Source: Eledone cirrhosa
Taxonomy: Eukaryota
Assembly (NCBI GenBank): GCA_964016885.1
Contig: OZ024742.1
Location: forward strand, 244,590,001 to 244,654,000
DNA: 64,000 nt
Direction of reading: 5' to 3'
Below are positions 60,540-64,000 of this stretch, piece after piece. The position numbers were made by a program, and so were the translations under genes. How positions within the stretch are numbered: the stretch's first letter is position 1; every line of letters starts with the position of its first letter. The notes beneath the pieces were generated by a model, which searched no databases, was not told the origin of the DNA, and saw nothing but the letters and a program-made list of their open reading frames with translations.

Positions 60540-62330
60540 TCAGAGAAATAAAAGCAGAGTCTAATGCCTTTACAGGTCCTCCAAGACTAGTGGGAAGAAA
60601 GGGAAGAAAAAACTATTGCGCAAGGGTTGCTGTAGTAGGACGCAACAAACAAAAGTCTTCATCTTTGCTCATGCCTGATGGGACTTGGGTCATCTTAGAT
60701 CAGTGATCCCAGAGGCATCATCATGTATAGAACCAACCAGGTCCACCAGAGCCCTCCATTGCTTACGGTCCCGGGCCAGCTCGTTTGCATCCTCTAAGGT
60801 GATGTCAAGCCTCTGGAGATCTTTAATTATATCCAGCCAACTGGTGCAGGGCCTCTTCCAGCCTGCAGTTGCTGCATTGAACGAGAGTAAGGCTCTGGTA
60901 GAATGATCTGGTAGGAGGCAGAGGACATGTCTATACCAGTGCATGCAGGTTGATGCATGCGCAAATGCAGTTCTTTGTTGGAAATGTGGTGGTACCATTT
61001 GATGTTGTCAATGGTCCCCAGGGCTATGCTTTCAATGCCTTTGATTCTCTTTGCAAGGGTCTTTGTAAGGGCCACATTTCTGCTCCATAGAGAATGGAGA
61101 GGACTGACACATTGTAGATACAGAGCTTCGTTTTCGAGGAAGTGCCCAGCTCACCTGAATGCCAAGCTTTGCTGATTTCTCCCAGTATATGGTCAGTGTG
61201 TCCCTGAGCTGATCAATCAAGTGGCTGAATAGGGTGGTGTCATCTGCATACTCCAGGTTGGTAAGGTGGTAGTTTATGAAGGTAATGCCAGAAACTCGCT
61301 CACAAACCTTGGTCATCACATAGTCAATGACACATTTGACAGCCCTGTCTGACTCTGCTACTGAGAGGGAACCAGTCGGAGTCCTTCCTGATCACCTGCA
61401 TGCAGATCTCAGCACTGTTATAGAGCTGTTAGAACAGGGTAGTGATCTTGGGAGGCATGTACACCAATGAGCTTGATAATTTTCCAGAGGGATGTGTGGT
61501 TAACTGTGTTGAAAACTGCCTTGAGGTCAATGAAGATGACATAGAGGCACTGATCTTTGCAAAAACTCCCGAGATCTTTCAATAATAGGATGGAGGTCAG
61601 AAATGTGGTCAGCAGATGATCAATTAGGGATGAATCTGGTTTGTTGTGGGCAACATCTGCTTCTAATGATAGGAAGAGCATGACTGCGGGGGGATCTTGG
61701 TGAAGAGCTTGCTTCGGATGGAGAAGAGGGTGATGCTCCTGTGGTTGCTGCAGATAAGTTTGTTGCCCTTCCTTTTCCAGAAGAGGATGATGATGCCCCA
61801 GGTCCCGTCATTTGGGAGCCACTTTGACATCCAAATATGGTTGATGATGTGGATGAGCCACTGGATTATGTTATCTCCACAGTGATAGTGCAGATTCCAG
61901 CTGCTTTACGGTTGTTGAGCTTCTTTAGGAGGGCTCTGACTTCAGGGGTGACAGGATCAAGTCTGCAAATATTGTTGGTTGCAGCTGTGTCTGCGGTGAT
62001 GGTTAGACAGAGATTAATAGGGACAGGTGGGTGATGAAGAAGACTAAAGTACTCCTCCAAGCATTCGAGGCAGGCGATTTCTGTGGCGATGTTGTTGCCA
62101 TTGGTATCCTTCACCAGAGCTGTCTTGATCCGAGGGCCAGCAAGGTCCCTGCAAAGCATGTTGAAGACCCAGCTGAAGTCATTGTTCTTTGCCACTGCAT
62201 CCAGGTGTTCAGCTTCTGCGCAAAACATCTCCCAGTCATTCGTGATGGCCTTGTTGCATATCCAGTTGAGCTGGTGGTACTCATTCATGTCGCCACACAG
62301 TTGTCCTTAAACTGGAAATGTCATCGAAAT
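60540..62330 (-). mobile_element. Decayed RTE-group LINE (5'-truncated RT)
   Basis: KLNNRKAAGICTIT, FIDLKAVFNTVNHTSLW, LTNLEYADDTTL and SWLDII..DANELARDRKQWRALV, spread over frameshifted ORFs. Confidence 0.85.
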
Positions 62331-64000
62331 GTTTGCAACAAAGCAAAATCTGCTAAAGGCATCCATGAATTGGATGATGTTTCACTAGCAATAGATTAGG
62401 TCAACTACCTACAAATCAGTTCAGTTCAACAGAGGCCTCATCAGTTCCATCTGCCAAATTTCACTGAAAAAAGATTTGAGTCAACTTAAGGCTATAATAA
62501 AGAAAACTTGCCAAACTGCTGTGCACTGAGATTGAACCTGGAACTCCCCACCCCTTTGTTGCTTTTGCAACTATTGACAGTCGATTGACTTTTGACAAAT
62601 CGGACAGAAGAGACACTGTTTCTGTTGGTCTTTCCAATTGCTAATACTATCTATCGGTCGCAACTCCAGGTAGAACAGCAATGTGAAATAAAGTGTCTTG
62701 CTCAAGGATATAACGCATCACCCGGTCCAGGAATCGAACTCACAACCTCACGATTGTGAATCCAATTCTCTAATCACTCAGCTACACGCCTTCACTTTGC
62801 AACTACATCTGTAGATATATATTGAAAACTATAGAAAGTGTAATTGAAATATGTTGTTATAAATCAATCCACTGATCTATTTTGAATGAGTTTGTATAGT
62901 TAGCTTCGGTTTAATTTAACACCAAATTATGTTTTCTAAAGAAATATTTTCAAAGTTAAATCATCATCCCCATTACAATTTAATGTCCATTTTCTATGCT
63001 TGCTTGGATTAGATGAGTTGTCATGTTATGAGGTCAAATAAGTCAGGTGAATATATCTTCCTCATACAACTGATCTATTTTTGGCTCAGTTTTCTATGGC
63101 TGGAAGCCCATCCTAATGCCAACAATCTTACAGTGAGTACTGAGAGCTTTTCTCTTGGCCTCACCACTACCACTTTACAAGCTGGACTGGGTACTTTTTG
63201 TCATGGTACCAGCACAACCACCTTATAGGGTGGACTGGGTGCTTTTTGCTGTTGTGGCACCATCACTACCACCATACAGGGTGGACTGGGTGTTTCCTGG
63301 GAGAGCAGGTATGACATGTGTCTGCATAATATTTCACCAAGAAAACTTGTCACATTTTCTTCTTTCCAATTTCATGTTTGACAAAAACTGCAACTATAAA
63401 AAATCGTACATTTGCCTATTTGGATTCAGCATGTTTCTGTGTATCTGAAGCAGATTGTGAAGGTTAATGGCTTAGTGACTAGGGAGTTGGATTCACAAAC
63501 TTACGGTTGTGAGTTCGATTCTTGGGCCAGGTGATGCGTGAATCTATGAGATTTTAATGTTATTTATTTTGAGAACAATACCTTAACATCAATATGAGTG
63601 GCAGGTTACAGCTGGTTTGAACAAAAAGAGGTGAGATAATTCTGGCCGGATACAGCTGGTTTAAATGCTAAGGGTTAAAGATATCTATTGTCCATTTTAA
63701 TTATTCTTCAACTGCCAAAGTCATGTAATTGCTGGAGCAAGTTCTTTGCTTTTCATCCTTTCGGGTCAATAAGATAATGCACCAGTAACACAATGAGGTC
63801 AATTTAATCGACTTTTCCGTTCTCTTCAAATTGCTGGCCTTGAGCCAAATCTAGAAGCAATTATAACTCTTTCAGTAACTTTCATGATTTAATGTTCCCT
63901 AATTATACATTTTACTTCTTCTTCTTCTTGCATATATGAATGTTGCTGTCTCAGGGTGTTGTTGTCTGCCTGATCAAGATCAGAGATCAGTGAACAGTGA

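Overview
This is AT-rich eukaryotic non-coding DNA made up mostly of interspersed repeats. The SINE, LINE and MITE repertoire resembles octopod cephalopods; that is pattern recognition, not a database result. I found no intact protein-coding gene. Recognisable elements include: an internally deleted Gypsy LTR retrotransposon with a 5-bp TSD; a deleted mariner with 103-bp TIRs; several decayed RTE LINEs; CR1, CRE-like, Hero-like and Penelope GIY-YIG fragments; about 9 copies of a TTAA/piggyBac-type MITE; a non-autonomous Helitron; many tRNA-derived SINEs; and minisatellites, one with a 120-bp higher-order period. The most notable signals are: a U6 snRNA retrocopy fused to a CR1 LINE 3' tail; a cluster of foldback elements, some with hammerhead-ribozyme-like cores; a 200-bp near-perfect hairpin flanked by a 14-bp direct repeat; and a ~10-kb CpG-retaining, promoter-like domain between CpG-depleted flanks. 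All calls were made by eye, and boundaries of decayed elements are approximate.
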